A stretch of DNA of 64,000 nt, from positions 4,154,001-4,218,000 of the forward strand of contig CM022665.1 in assembly GCA_012295275.1 (NCBI GenBank). The letters run 5' to 3'. Within the stretch, counting starts at the first letter, position 1. Each line of letters starts with the position of its first letter. The stretch is from Chrysomallon squamiferum (taxonomy: Eukaryota > Animalia > Mollusca). A program made the position numbers and the translations under genes. Below are positions 52,499 through 64,000 of this stretch, piece after piece. The notes beneath the pieces were generated by a model. It was given only the letters and a program-made list of their open reading frames with translations. It was not told the origin of the DNA and made no database searches.

Positions 52499-53751
52499 TG
52501 TATATATGTATATATAGGTGTGTGTGTGTGTGTGTGAATGCAAAAGTCTGGAAATTGCAAATTTAAACATTAATCCTAAAATCTACCAAAACATTAAACT
52601 TTAGTACACATAACAAACATATAATTCAGTCATATAATAAAGTTAGAACAGTACACAGACATAAAAACAATGTAACAATTGTCATTCAGAATATGTAAAG
52701 AAAAATGTACAGTAGAAAAACGTAGGCTACATTGGTGAAATTTGTTGGTTTAGGTTGATTATGGGTACATTAGTAAAATTTACTCTTACTTTGATGGAAT
52801 GTGGTTTGAGAAAGGGTTGCTGTGATTGTATAGTGGGACTCAGAATAACTTAATAGTACTTAGAGGTAAGGTTTCAAGTAGGAAATGGCAGTAAGTTATA
52901 ATTTTGACATTTTCCTGGAAAACCGTTCTCTATGAATTCGAAGGTCAACAGTAAAAAATTATAAGTATATATGTGTATGTATATATATATATATATATAT
53001 GAACAAGATGACAACAGTAAATATAATTATATATATAAAAACATTCGAGAAGAGGCTGACTTTTAAACATTTTATGACGGTATTTCACAGCAGAAATGTA
53101 ATATTGTATTATGAAAATATAACTTACATGCATATGAAATGAAATAAAATACTAACCGCTGATAAAGGTTTGTTTAACATGCGCAGGCGCGCTACACTCT
53201 GGGTCTGCTGAACAAGAACTAATACCAGCAGAAAGATGACTAATTTCATCTGTAATAATAATAATAATAACAATAATAACAATAATAGTAATAACAATAA
53301 TAGTAATAATGATAATAACAACAACAACAACAATAATAATAAATGTTTAAAGTATAAAGATGACAATGCTGAATAATTAATCGTATTGATTAGCAGCAAA
53401 AATACTGTATATGCACCTTCCCGGAGACAGGAAGAACGTACCAAAGCTCTGCTAAATTAGCAATGTATAAACACTTTCAAAAAATATTATTAGTAGTAGT
53501 TATAAAATAATCAGGTTTGTTTGACTTACCTGCATGTTTGGGGTCGTAGTTGCTGCTGCTGCTGTTGTTGTTATTGTTGTTGTTTGTGTGCTGATGTCTC
53601 TTCAACGTTTCTAGCAGGAGTCTAGGACTTATATTTATTACAGGAAGGTGTCTGATCTGATATTTTCTGGTGTGAGAAGTGAGAGGCGTTTTAACACCAT
53701 GTCACAAATGGTAGAAAAAAACAGTATCATATTACTTGATAACGGAAAGTA
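52205..53751 (-). repeat. Left arm of inverted segmental duplication
   Basis: Reverse complement aligns by eye to 57519-58672, covering promoter, exons, introns and 3' flank. Confidence 0.93.
52310..53535 (-). CDS. Small secreted peptide precursor, copy A (3 exons, 61 aa), unknown family
   Basis: Exons 53530-53535 (ATG CAG, GTAAGT donor), 53157-53249 (CAG acceptor, GTTAGT donor) and 52310-52396 (CAG acceptor), all phase 0: MQMKLVIFLLVLVLVQQTQSVARLRMLNKPLSAVDRDVNVDEEMLKDMLEENEMNDHDIVK*. TATA-like element upstream, AATAAA just after the stop. Confidence 0.72.
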
Positions 53752-54117
53752 TCATTATATGAATGTCATTAACATAATGTGAAAAAGCAGAGAAAATAAA
53801 TGAAAAAAAAAATTAAAAATAAAAAATAAAAAAGGAAATGATTACTTCATTATGAAATATTTACCATTAATAAGTAAATGCTAAAAATGTAGGCTACAGC
53901 ATTTAAAGTTATTTGTTTTATTATTTTTATTTCATTTTTCAATTTTATACACACACACAAAAAAAGAAAGAAGTAAAAAAATCCTATTATTTTATTATCA
54001 TATACCTACACATACACACATAGTAGCAGGGTGGACCCCTAACAGGCCAATCAGGTTGGGCAAAAACATGAAAATGAAAACTGGGAACTAAAAAAAAAAA
54101 AAAAAATTAAAAATAAA

Positions 54118-54186
<69 letters not shown>

Positions 54187-54939
54187 TTGCTTTTATTCTG
54201 AGAAGTTTCGAATAAGGTTAAAATCTTTGGTTTTATTTGATTCCTTTGATGTTTTGCGATTAAGTGAGCCTTTCGGACTCTTGTCAGTGTTCGTTTTTAA
54301 AGTTTTCCAGGAAGAAATTTTTGAGTATACAATATACGCCTATGCAGCTTGTTTCAAGCGCCAAAATTTCTCATTAAGACAAAGAAACGAAATAGAATAA
54401 CGTTTTATAATCGCACTGTATGAAGTACCTGCATCGTTGGCTTAGTACTTGTTGCAGCTTTGATGTGGGGAGGGTGAGGGGTGCTCAAATAGAGTTTTAA
54501 GCAGACGTCTCTTCTTTGTTCGCACCAGGAACATGGTTTTATATTTATAGCAGAGAAAAATGTCTCAGCGGAAACTTTTCAGGTGACAGGTTTAAAACAG
54601 TGGATCAGCCATTCACAAATAAAAATGAAATATGAATTAATCTCAAAAAAAAAAAAAAAAAAAAAAATAGAAGAAGAAGAAGAAGAAAAAGAAAAAACCT
54701 TCTCACATTTTTTTTCCAGTCTGTGGCTTCCTTTAAATGAGCCAGAATCCCCTGGCCCAGGGGGCTATAACGCCTCCGCTAAGAATGTCTTCTGTATGTT
54801 GCGAATTTCTGTGACCAGTAGAACGTGAATAAATCAATAATGATGATGATGATTTTTTTATTTACAGAAGCAAACAATTTAAAATATATAGTTTTCCTTA
54901 TTTAACTTCAGTTTTAAATTTATGATTAATAAAATGTCC

Positions 54940-55824
<885 letters not shown>

Positions 55825-56275
55825 TATATACACACACACACGTTTTGTTAACACCTATAGTTAATATTATACATATATCGACAGTATGTTACACTGTCTT
55901 TGTTATCACTGGTTTCATCATACAGATCAATATTACATGAAAACAATAATAAGAATCAGATTTCAAACATGGGTGAGGCAAATAAACTGAGTTACTCAAC
56001 CGCAAACACAAATGTGTTTACACTTTCAGTGTAACACCTCACTTTTGTTTCATTTAGACCATGTTTCCTGGCACAAACAAAAGATCTAATGTGTCTGTTT
56101 TATTCATTATTACTCACGACCAATGTTAGCTAAAAATAAAACAATACAATACAGTCAGTGGATAAAGATATAGTGCTGTCATACAAAAATACTAATACCT
56201 ATTTTTTCAAAAAATTTGCGACTACAGGAAATTTCAGTATTATTTTTTAGTACAGTAATAGTAATAGTAGTAGTT

Positions 56276-56307
<32 letters not shown>

Positions 56308-56883
56308 GTTACATGAAAGACAATGAGCTTGTTACAGCCATTTATGAAATAGTTAATAAGAAACAAGTATGTTTAATTTTCATAAGTGAACATATTTTTA
56401 TTTATGTTGTTTTTCCTTCTACTCTTCTTCCTCCTTTTTGTATTTGTATTGTTGTTGTTGTTGCTGCTGCTGCTGCTGATGATGATGATGATGCTGTTGT
56501 TACCATCATTCAATTTTAATCAGTTTAGCTGTTGTTTAATTTATAAATACTGTTATACTTTACACTGGGTGTCAGGTTTAGACTCGAATAAAAATATAAT
56601 TAAAACTGAAAAAATAACCATTTTTTATTATTAAAAAGGAAAAGGAAATGATTATATTCATCATCATTATACACATCATTATTATCATCATCATCATGTC
56701 CACCAACCTCATTATTATCATCATCATTATCATCGACATTATTATTATCATCGTCATAATCACTTCTTCCTCATCAATATTATTAGTATTAATGTCATCA
56801 TTATAACCAAAATCATTATCATCATCATTATTTTGTTCTTATTATTATTATTGTCACTGTTATTGTTGTTGTTGTTGTTGTCA

Positions 56884-56925
<42 letters not shown>

Positions 56926-57632
56926 TGGAAACAGTGAGCTTATTATTTTAATTTATGTTTAAACACAAGTTACTCATGAAATAGTCAATAATGCACAAGT
57001 TTGTTTGAAATACATTACATATACATTGTGGAAAAAGACATTTGCAAAGACTTCTTCTTGTCATTGTCATCATCAGAATTTTATTTATATATCTGAAATA
57101 GGTTTTTCTTATGTTGGTAGCTTTTTGAAATTTTAATTGACAAAGACCACATCAGCTGTTACGGTTTATATTCAGATTTAAACTGAATAAAACAGAGAGT
57201 AAGGTTAAATGAGATATTTCCTTTTATTATTTCATACATTTACCCCTACAAGCTACTTTAAAGAAAAAGGAAAAGATTATAATACTAATCATCATCATCA
57301 TACATGACAACCATGAAACATTGTCATCATCATCATCATTTTCTTCATTACCATAAATATCATTATCATAATCATCATCAGTTTCAGTTTCATGACCATC
57401 AACCTCATTGTCATCATCAGCAGCACTGTTATTATCATCATTATCATTATCGTCTTTGCCGTCAGTATATTCATCATCATAACCATCAACCTGGTCATTT
57501 ACTAATGGATTGTAAGTGGTACTTTCCGTTATCAAGTAATATGATACTGTTTTTTCTACCATTTGTGACATGGTGTTAAAACACCTCTCACTTCTTACAC
57601 CAGAAAATATCAGATCTGACACCTTCATGTAA

Positions 57633-57642
57633 TAAATATAAG
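57633..57642 (+). promoter_or_regulatory. TATA-like box of peptide gene copy B (mirrored at about 53618-53627 on the minus strand for copy A)
   Basis: TAAATATAAG about 85 nt upstream of the ATG, identical in both copies. Confidence 0.5.
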
Positions 57643-57725
57643 TCCTAGACTCCTGCTAGAAACATTGAAGAGACATCAGCACAAAAACAACAACAACAGC
57701 AGTAGCAGCAACTACAAGGCCAAAC

Positions 57726-58552
57726 ATGCAGGTAAGTCACACAAACCTGATTATTTTATAAATACTAATAACATTTTTTGAAAGTGTTTACACATTGCTA
57801 ATTTAGCAGAGCTTTGGTATGTTCTTCCTGTCTCCGGGAAGGTGCATATACAATATATTTTGCTGCTAATCAATACGATTAATTACTCAACATTGTCATC
57901 TTTATACTTTAAACATTTATTATTATTGTTGTTGTTGTTGTTATTATCATTATTACTATTATTGTTATTACTATTATTGTTATTATTGTTATTATTATTA
58001 TTATTACAGATGAAATTAGTCATCTTTCTGCTGGTATTAGTTCTTGTTCACCAGACCCAGAGTGTAGCGCGCCTGCGCATGTTAAACAAACCTTTATCAG
58101 TGGTTAGTATTTTATTTCTTTTCATATGCATGTAAGTTATATTTTTGTAATACAATATTACATTTCTGCTGTGAAATACCGTTATAAAATGTTTAAAAGT
58201 CAGCCTCCTCTCGAAAATTATAACTTACTGCCGTTTCCTACTTGAAACCTTACCTCTAAGTACTATTAAGTTATTCTGAGTCCCACTATACAATCACAGC
58301 AACCCTTTCTCAAACCACATTCCATGAAAGTAAAAGTAAATTTTAGGATTAATGTTTAAATTTGCAATTTCCAGACTTTTACATTCACACACACACACAC
58401 ACACCTATATATATACATATAAACATATATATATATATATATATATTTTTTGTTTCATGTTTCAGGTTGATCGTGACATCAATGTGGATGAGGAAATGTT
58501 GAAAGATATGTTGGAGGAAAACGAGATGAATGATCACGATATCGTCAAATAA
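57726..58552 (+). CDS. Small secreted peptide precursor, copy B (3 exons, 61 aa), unknown family
   Basis: Exons 57726-57731, 58010-58102 and 58466-58552 with the same splice sites as copy A: MQMKLVIFLLVLVLVHQTQSVARLRMLNKPLSVVDRDINVDEEMLKDMLEENEMNDHDIVK*. AATAAA at 58564-58569. Confidence 0.72.
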
Positions 58553-58698
58553 TAATCAAAAATAATAAAAGAGAAATTTTGAAAAAAGATAAACATTATG
58601 ATTTCAACCAGTCATGATTTAGTATCATTTCAAATGAAATAAAAATAGTAAATTTAAAAACCAAGTTGTGTTCTCATTTTAAAAAATTAGATTGAACC

Positions 58699-58782
<84 letters not shown>

Positions 58783-59397
58783 ACAACACATATACAGAGG
58801 TAAAATAAAAATATTAACAAATAGCTATAGATAAATTCTCTAATTATTCTTCTTATACAAATTATGGATGGCTGTTTTCTTCTTTTTTTTTCTCACATTT
58901 TACAATTATATACATAGAATACGTTTAAAGAATCATTTTTAAATATGTGTACAAATCACAGTTCAATCCAGCATTCTTTGTTTATTTATTGTAATGTAGT
59001 TCCAGTATAAATAATACTTTCAGCTTATTTTATTTTATTTTATGGAAATTTTTTTATTATTATTACTATATTATTATTATTATTATTATTATTAATGAAT
59101 AAATAGTTTTTTGTCACCTCTGACTTGTACACTCATTGTGGAAAAGTACGCCATGATTCATTTTTTTTAAATTTTAAACATAGAACAATAATATGCCTCA
59201 CCTATGTTTGAAATCAGATATCTGTTATTTTTTCATGCCATACTGGTCATTAGTGAGAAAAGCCCCACCAGGTGTTTGTGATATGTACCAGTGTTACCTG
59301 CTGACAACACCTGTGTTATACAAACTGCAGGTGTCAACTTCACATGAACATAATAACAGTAATGCTAAATGATATAGTAATTGTAAAAGTAGTAGTC

Positions 59398-59483
<86 letters not shown>

Positions 59484-59727
59484 TAATAAATGGTAGTAGG
59501 TAGTAAGGCTGTAATAGAATGTAATACTGGTTGTAATTAATTCACATACAATTTACCTGAGGTAAATGTTAGAAAATCCAATCCTTAAACTGTTGATTTA
59601 TCCAGATTTTTCTTTACCTGTATACATTAAATAAGTGGCATCATATTATATATGTATTATGTATGTATATATACAAAAATACACATGAACACACACACTT
59701 TGTGTAATGCAACATCTAAAAATAACA

Positions 59728-60127
59728 TTATGAACATTGAACAGTTATGAACAATGAAAACAGTTGTACTGAAAAAGAAATCTTATTATTTTGGGCAACT
59801 TGCATTTGTTAATAACAAAGAATAATGATTAAAATGATAATGACAAAAAAAATGAATTTCACCATTTTACAACAAAATGTATGCTTTAATGTTTTGCAGT
59901 AACTAAAAATAACAACAAAATTCATATTCCATAAAAAATAAGTTTTATTTCTGAATTTTGTAACAATATGAACATTTGAACAATTATGAACAATGAAAAC
60001 CCTGAGCATAAATGAAAATTGGAATTAGCTCTTATATTGAAAAAGAATCTTTACAATTTGGGCAAGTAGCAAGTGTTAATAACAAAGAATAATGATAAAA
60101 ACAAAAATACAGATATCTCCATTTTAC
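59728..60127 (+). repeat. Diverged tandem duplication, period about 240 bp
   Basis: ATGAACATT(T)GAACA.TTATGAACAATGAAAAC and TTTGGGCAA...GTTAATAACAAAGAATAATGAT each occur twice. Confidence 0.8.
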
Positions 60128-60425
60128 CCCTTCATGACTAAGTGTAAAAGGCTGGTTCATGTGGCAGATGGTAGCTGTATTTTTTTTTAACAACACTTAA
60201 AGAAACTTTAGAGTCAATCAGGACTTCACAAAGCTAGCTGTGCCCAGTTACTGTTGTTATATTTTGTTATTAAATAAGAGCTGACAAAAAAAAAAAAAAA
60301 AAAAAAATGCCCACAAAAACCTGAAAAAACAAAACAACAAAGAAAATGCATAAAACAACAACAAAAAAAACTACATAAATTGGAAGCATGAAAATTTGTA
60401 TTTAGACTTGCATTATGAGAGACAC

Positions 60426-60479
<54 letters not shown>

Positions 60480-61741
60480 CATAAATAAACTGCTACCAGC
60501 TTATTCACTAATGTTATTGATTAGAAGCAATATTATTCATTCACCTGGCTGAAACAACCCAATGGGTACACTAAAAGGTTTATTTCAGCAAAAACACAAT
60601 CATAATATTGTTTAGATTCATCAAAGTGAGAGAAAATAAGTGAATTTAAAAACAAAAATATATTAAATTACTACTACAGATGATAATGATTGTTTATAAT
60701 AAGAAAAATGACGATGATAACATCCAGCATGCAAAAACAACAAAAACAGTTAAATGAATGGTAGACAATAATTTTTTATATAACAAGTAACAGTAATAAT
60801 AATGAATAAATGAATAAATAAAAAAATAACAATAAGAAATTAAAAGCAGAAAAATTAAATAGACATCCAATTCAAGAATGATCAGTCATTCTAGCATTAA
60901 ACAAGTTGTAACAACAATGCTTTTTTTTTTTTGCACATACCAAACAAATTATAAAGGTGAATTCATAAACTGATTCATTCTAGCACTAGAGACCTTTCAA
61001 CATGGATGTTTCTTTTACAAACATAAATGTTTCTGAAATTAGTATTAATTTTTTTTAAATGTTTATGGATATAATACTGCATGTTTCAAGTGCGTATTGA
61101 TATTAAATAATTTTGTCTAAACAGTTGGTGAACTGTGACAAATATAGTACATTTTGGTTATATAAATTTCTGACCAGCTGCAACACACACGATATGGAAA
61201 CTTACCATGATATTATTTTGAGCACATTACATAACACACACTAAAGGAAAATTTAGGATTGCGTATCACTGAAAACAACAGTACAAAAGTAACATGTGGC
61301 ATAGACCAAGGTACTAAATTACACATCTCTTTTCCATACCATTTACATTTATTAAAATGCACATTACCTTATGATATCATGCCCTTTTTATTTTTTCATG
61401 TCACTAAATAAAACATTTTACTTCACCAGAATAATACAGGACAAATGTAATTACAGTCCATTAGACAAAAACTATAGCTCTATTTCACAAATAATAAACT
61501 TTATTATATATATTTTAATAACTGGCTAATTAAAAGTGATATATATATATACATATATTTCCTGCTATTATTATGTGAAGTAGCAATATAGGATGACTAA
61601 ATAAATGTCTATATTTGCAGGCACTAAACAGAAATCTAGCTTTTTAAGATGGAATTGTACTTATCTTGCTAAATTACTTGTTAGTTACAAATATATATTG
61701 TTCAACACGCTTTCTGGTTTTCTTTTAAAAAATAAATGTTT

Positions 61742-61775
<34 letters not shown>

Positions 61776-62265
61776 ATATCAGATTACGTTAGAATGGCCT
61801 GATTCTGGCTCTTCCAGATATTAAAATGTACCTTGTAAAGTTTATTTTTGAAAAGAAAACCATTTTCAAAATGATCTTTTAAGATCTAAACCAGCAATTA
61901 AACATTAAAAAAATGTGCGTACACAAACACACACACACACACATGCGTGTATATGTATATGAGGGAAGGAGCTTTATGAAATTGCAGACTATATCATGTG
62001 ACAAATGAAATACTCAAACAATGAAATAAAAACAGTCATTATGCAATGCAAACTGGAACCAATAACAAGGGCAGTTATTCAACTGAAAACATGAATTATC
62101 AATGCTCAAATATGAATTAGCAATGCAATAACGCATTCTGGTCAATAACTAGAGCAAATAATTAAGCTATTTGCTCTAAGCTATGTTTGTGATAGGCTGT
62201 GTTTGTGTTAGACTGTTTGAACTCTCTTTCCAGTCTTGTCCACACATAGACCCATTTTGGTGATG

Positions 62266-62345
62266 TTAATATATGGTCCAAGTAATTTGTTTCATGTGGC
62301 AATTTCTACCAATAGAAACGTCTTCCAAAGCCATCCTGGACTGCT
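62266..62345 (-). CDS. AMN1: AMN1 terminal exon
   Basis: Ends MKQITWTIY-TAA; CAG acceptor. Confidence 0.92.
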
Positions 62346-64000
62346 CTGAAATCACAAATCATAAATAACTGATTATTAATTGGAATTAATCTAAATTATG
62401 TAATCCATCATTTAATGCAATAGATGCTGAATGAATGTTTATTTTAACACACTTCAACATATTTTATTAAAAGGTTTTAGGCATCAAAACTTTGCATAAA
62501 CAGTGGGATTAGAGACAAAACTATTGTAGTCACTTTAAGGGTTACTTTCATCTGACACTAGTCAAAAATATGTTATAAACACTTTCTTTCAGATAGAAAA
62601 CAAATAACAAAAATTCAAGAATATTCCTGGATGAATACTACTAAATCAAATTTACAACAGGATGAAAATAAGAATGCTCAGCCAAATCAGAATGAAATTT
62701 ATTAATCTTAAAATAATAAAATAATAAAATAAAGTAAAATAAATAAATAAATAAATAAATAAAAAAAATAAAAATAAAAATAAAAATAAAAAAAAAAAAA
62801 ATAAAAATAAAAATAAAAATAAAAGTTAAGTAACATAAAAGTAAAGTAAAGCTAAATAAAAATAAAAGTTAAGTAACATAAAAGTAAAGTAAGCAAAATA
62901 AAACATTCATTAAGAATTACCTGTCATCAGTGGACATCCATGAAATATGAGGATACTGATCCGGGGACAATACTGTATAACTGCTTCCACTGACTCATCT
63001 GTTAGCTTAGGGCAATTATTCATGTGAATTTCCTGAAATACACACAAACACATATTACTACATATACATATACGACAAAAATGACATATCCAGAAGGTAG
63101 TAACAGTTATCAAATTCTCATTCATTTCCTCAGTATTATTATCCTAGTAATAAAAAATAAAACTAATTTTAAAATGTTCTACCTATTTCTTAATAATAGA
63201 ACATATAAATTATATGATAAATGAAAGGTAAAACTTAAATAATTACAGTTTATATTTAAAACTGAAAAAAAAAAAGGTATATACCAAGTATGCTCATTTA
63301 GTATTTGTATTGAAAAATTGAAATCATAAAAATGGAGACCAATTAACACGTTGAAGAATGAAGTAATACATATTTTCTAAGAACATCATTAACAGTTAAT
63401 GCATGTACACTCCTGTACATAGAAAAAAAGTAAAATATCTTTGCTAGAATGAAACTGGAAACATTTTATTACATTATTTTAAATGTACAGGTAATACTAA
63501 TATATATTGTTCTCAGTACTAACCTTCAGAGTGTGTGAACAAACTCCACTAGCAAGACTGAAAACACCATTATCAGTTACCTGAAAGAAAAATAAAAAGA
63601 ATTTACTAATCCTTTAACAGATAAAATTAACAAAAATATTTAAATAAGACTTATGATATGACAGTTTTAAACACGTTAAGAAAATACACACAAAATATAA
63701 AATGACATGCAAAGAAAGAAATTTAGATCAACATATATACTTGAATAAACATTGAGATGTCACCTAAATCAGCCAAAAAAATTGAAATTTCTTAAAAATT
63801 TAAAATTTGAGAAAAAGAAATGAAGAACAAAAAAAAACAAAAAAAAAACGAAAGAGAAAACATTACCTAAAATAAAAAAAAATTAATTTCAGGTATTTTT
63901 AAAAAGAACATCACTTAAAATAAAAATAAAATAAAAACTCACTGCTGCCTTTGCAAAGTTCACAGAACAGAGTTTCTTGGACTTTCTGCCCAGTGCTTCC
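62266..64000 (-). CDS. AMN1: AMN1 homolog (LRR protein), last four coding exons; 5' part lies beyond the right edge
   Basis: Exons 63943-64000 (partial, EALGRKSKKLCSVNFAKAA), 63524-63580 (VTDNGVFSLASGVCSHTLK), 62921-63032 (EIHMNNCPKLTDESVEAVIQYCPRISILIFHGCPLMT) and 62266-62345 (EQSRMALEDVSIGRNCHMKQITWTIY*). Matches the AMN1 C-terminus (human ..ILLFHGCPLITDHSRE..KQVTWTVY). Confidence 0.92.
62921..63032 (-). CDS. AMN1: AMN1 penultimate exon
   Basis: Cys-containing LRR repeats; CAG acceptor, GTAATT donor. Confidence 0.92.
63524..63580 (-). CDS. AMN1: AMN1 exon
   Basis: VTDNGVFSLASGVCSHTLK; CAG acceptor, GTTAGT donor. Confidence 0.9.
63943..64000 (-). CDS. AMN1: AMN1 exon (truncated by the window edge)
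   Basis: EALGRKSKKLCSVNFAKAA, then GTGAGT donor. Confidence 0.85.

Larger units (their letters stand above)
57519..58672 (+). repeat. Right arm of inverted segmental duplication (lacks two blocks of intron 2)
   Basis: Near-identical to the reverse complement of 52205-53751. Confidence 0.93.

Noticed and set aside
53124-53444. Poly-Leu ORFs 53124-53444 and 57842-58135 as single-exon proteins
   Set aside because: The poly-Leu is an intronic (TTA/TTG)n microsatellite upstream of the CAG acceptor; only MKLVIF..PLS(A/V) is exonic.
57227-57628. 133-aa Asp-rich ORF (minus) and overlapping His-rich ORF (plus), superficially like shell-matrix or metal-binding proteins
   Set aside because: Derived from a decayed (GAT/CAT)n microsatellite; no signal peptide; the 5' part is just the antisense of the peptide-gene promoter.
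58068-58081. GCGCCTGCGCA NRF1-like motif in both duplicated arms
   Set aside because: It lies inside exon 2 and is explained by Ala-Arg-Leu-Arg codons; no CpG-island context.

Overview
AT-rich, microsatellite-dense animal genomic DNA with GT-AG introns, probably a mollusc (inference). Most ORF-track entries are microsatellite artefacts. Reading splice sites by hand gives four sets of genes. (1) Coding exon 1 and promoter of a TMTC2-like O-mannosyltransferase on the minus strand near 19.9 kb; its intron 1 runs off the left edge. (2) A 10-exon NAAA (N-acylethanolamine acid amidase) on the minus strand, 41359-50355, with a 1-nt frameshift in an A-run of exon 1. (3) The last four exons of AMN1 on the minus strand, 62266-64000. 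(4) The main find: between NAAA and AMN1, a head-to-head inverted duplication carries two intact copies of an unrecognised 3-exon micro-gene. It encodes a 61-aa precursor (signal peptide, short cationic segment, acidic tail). A second splice donor kept in both copies would switch exon 3 to another frame and give a 54-aa membrane-anchored form. An internally deleted Tigger/pogo transposon lies between the copies. The 20-41 kb interval has no recognisable coding gene but retains CpG and holds clustered regulatory motifs, including 10-bp-phased bZIP sites with a TATA box and four CACGTG E-boxes. All protein identifications are from recalled sequence similarity, not database searches.
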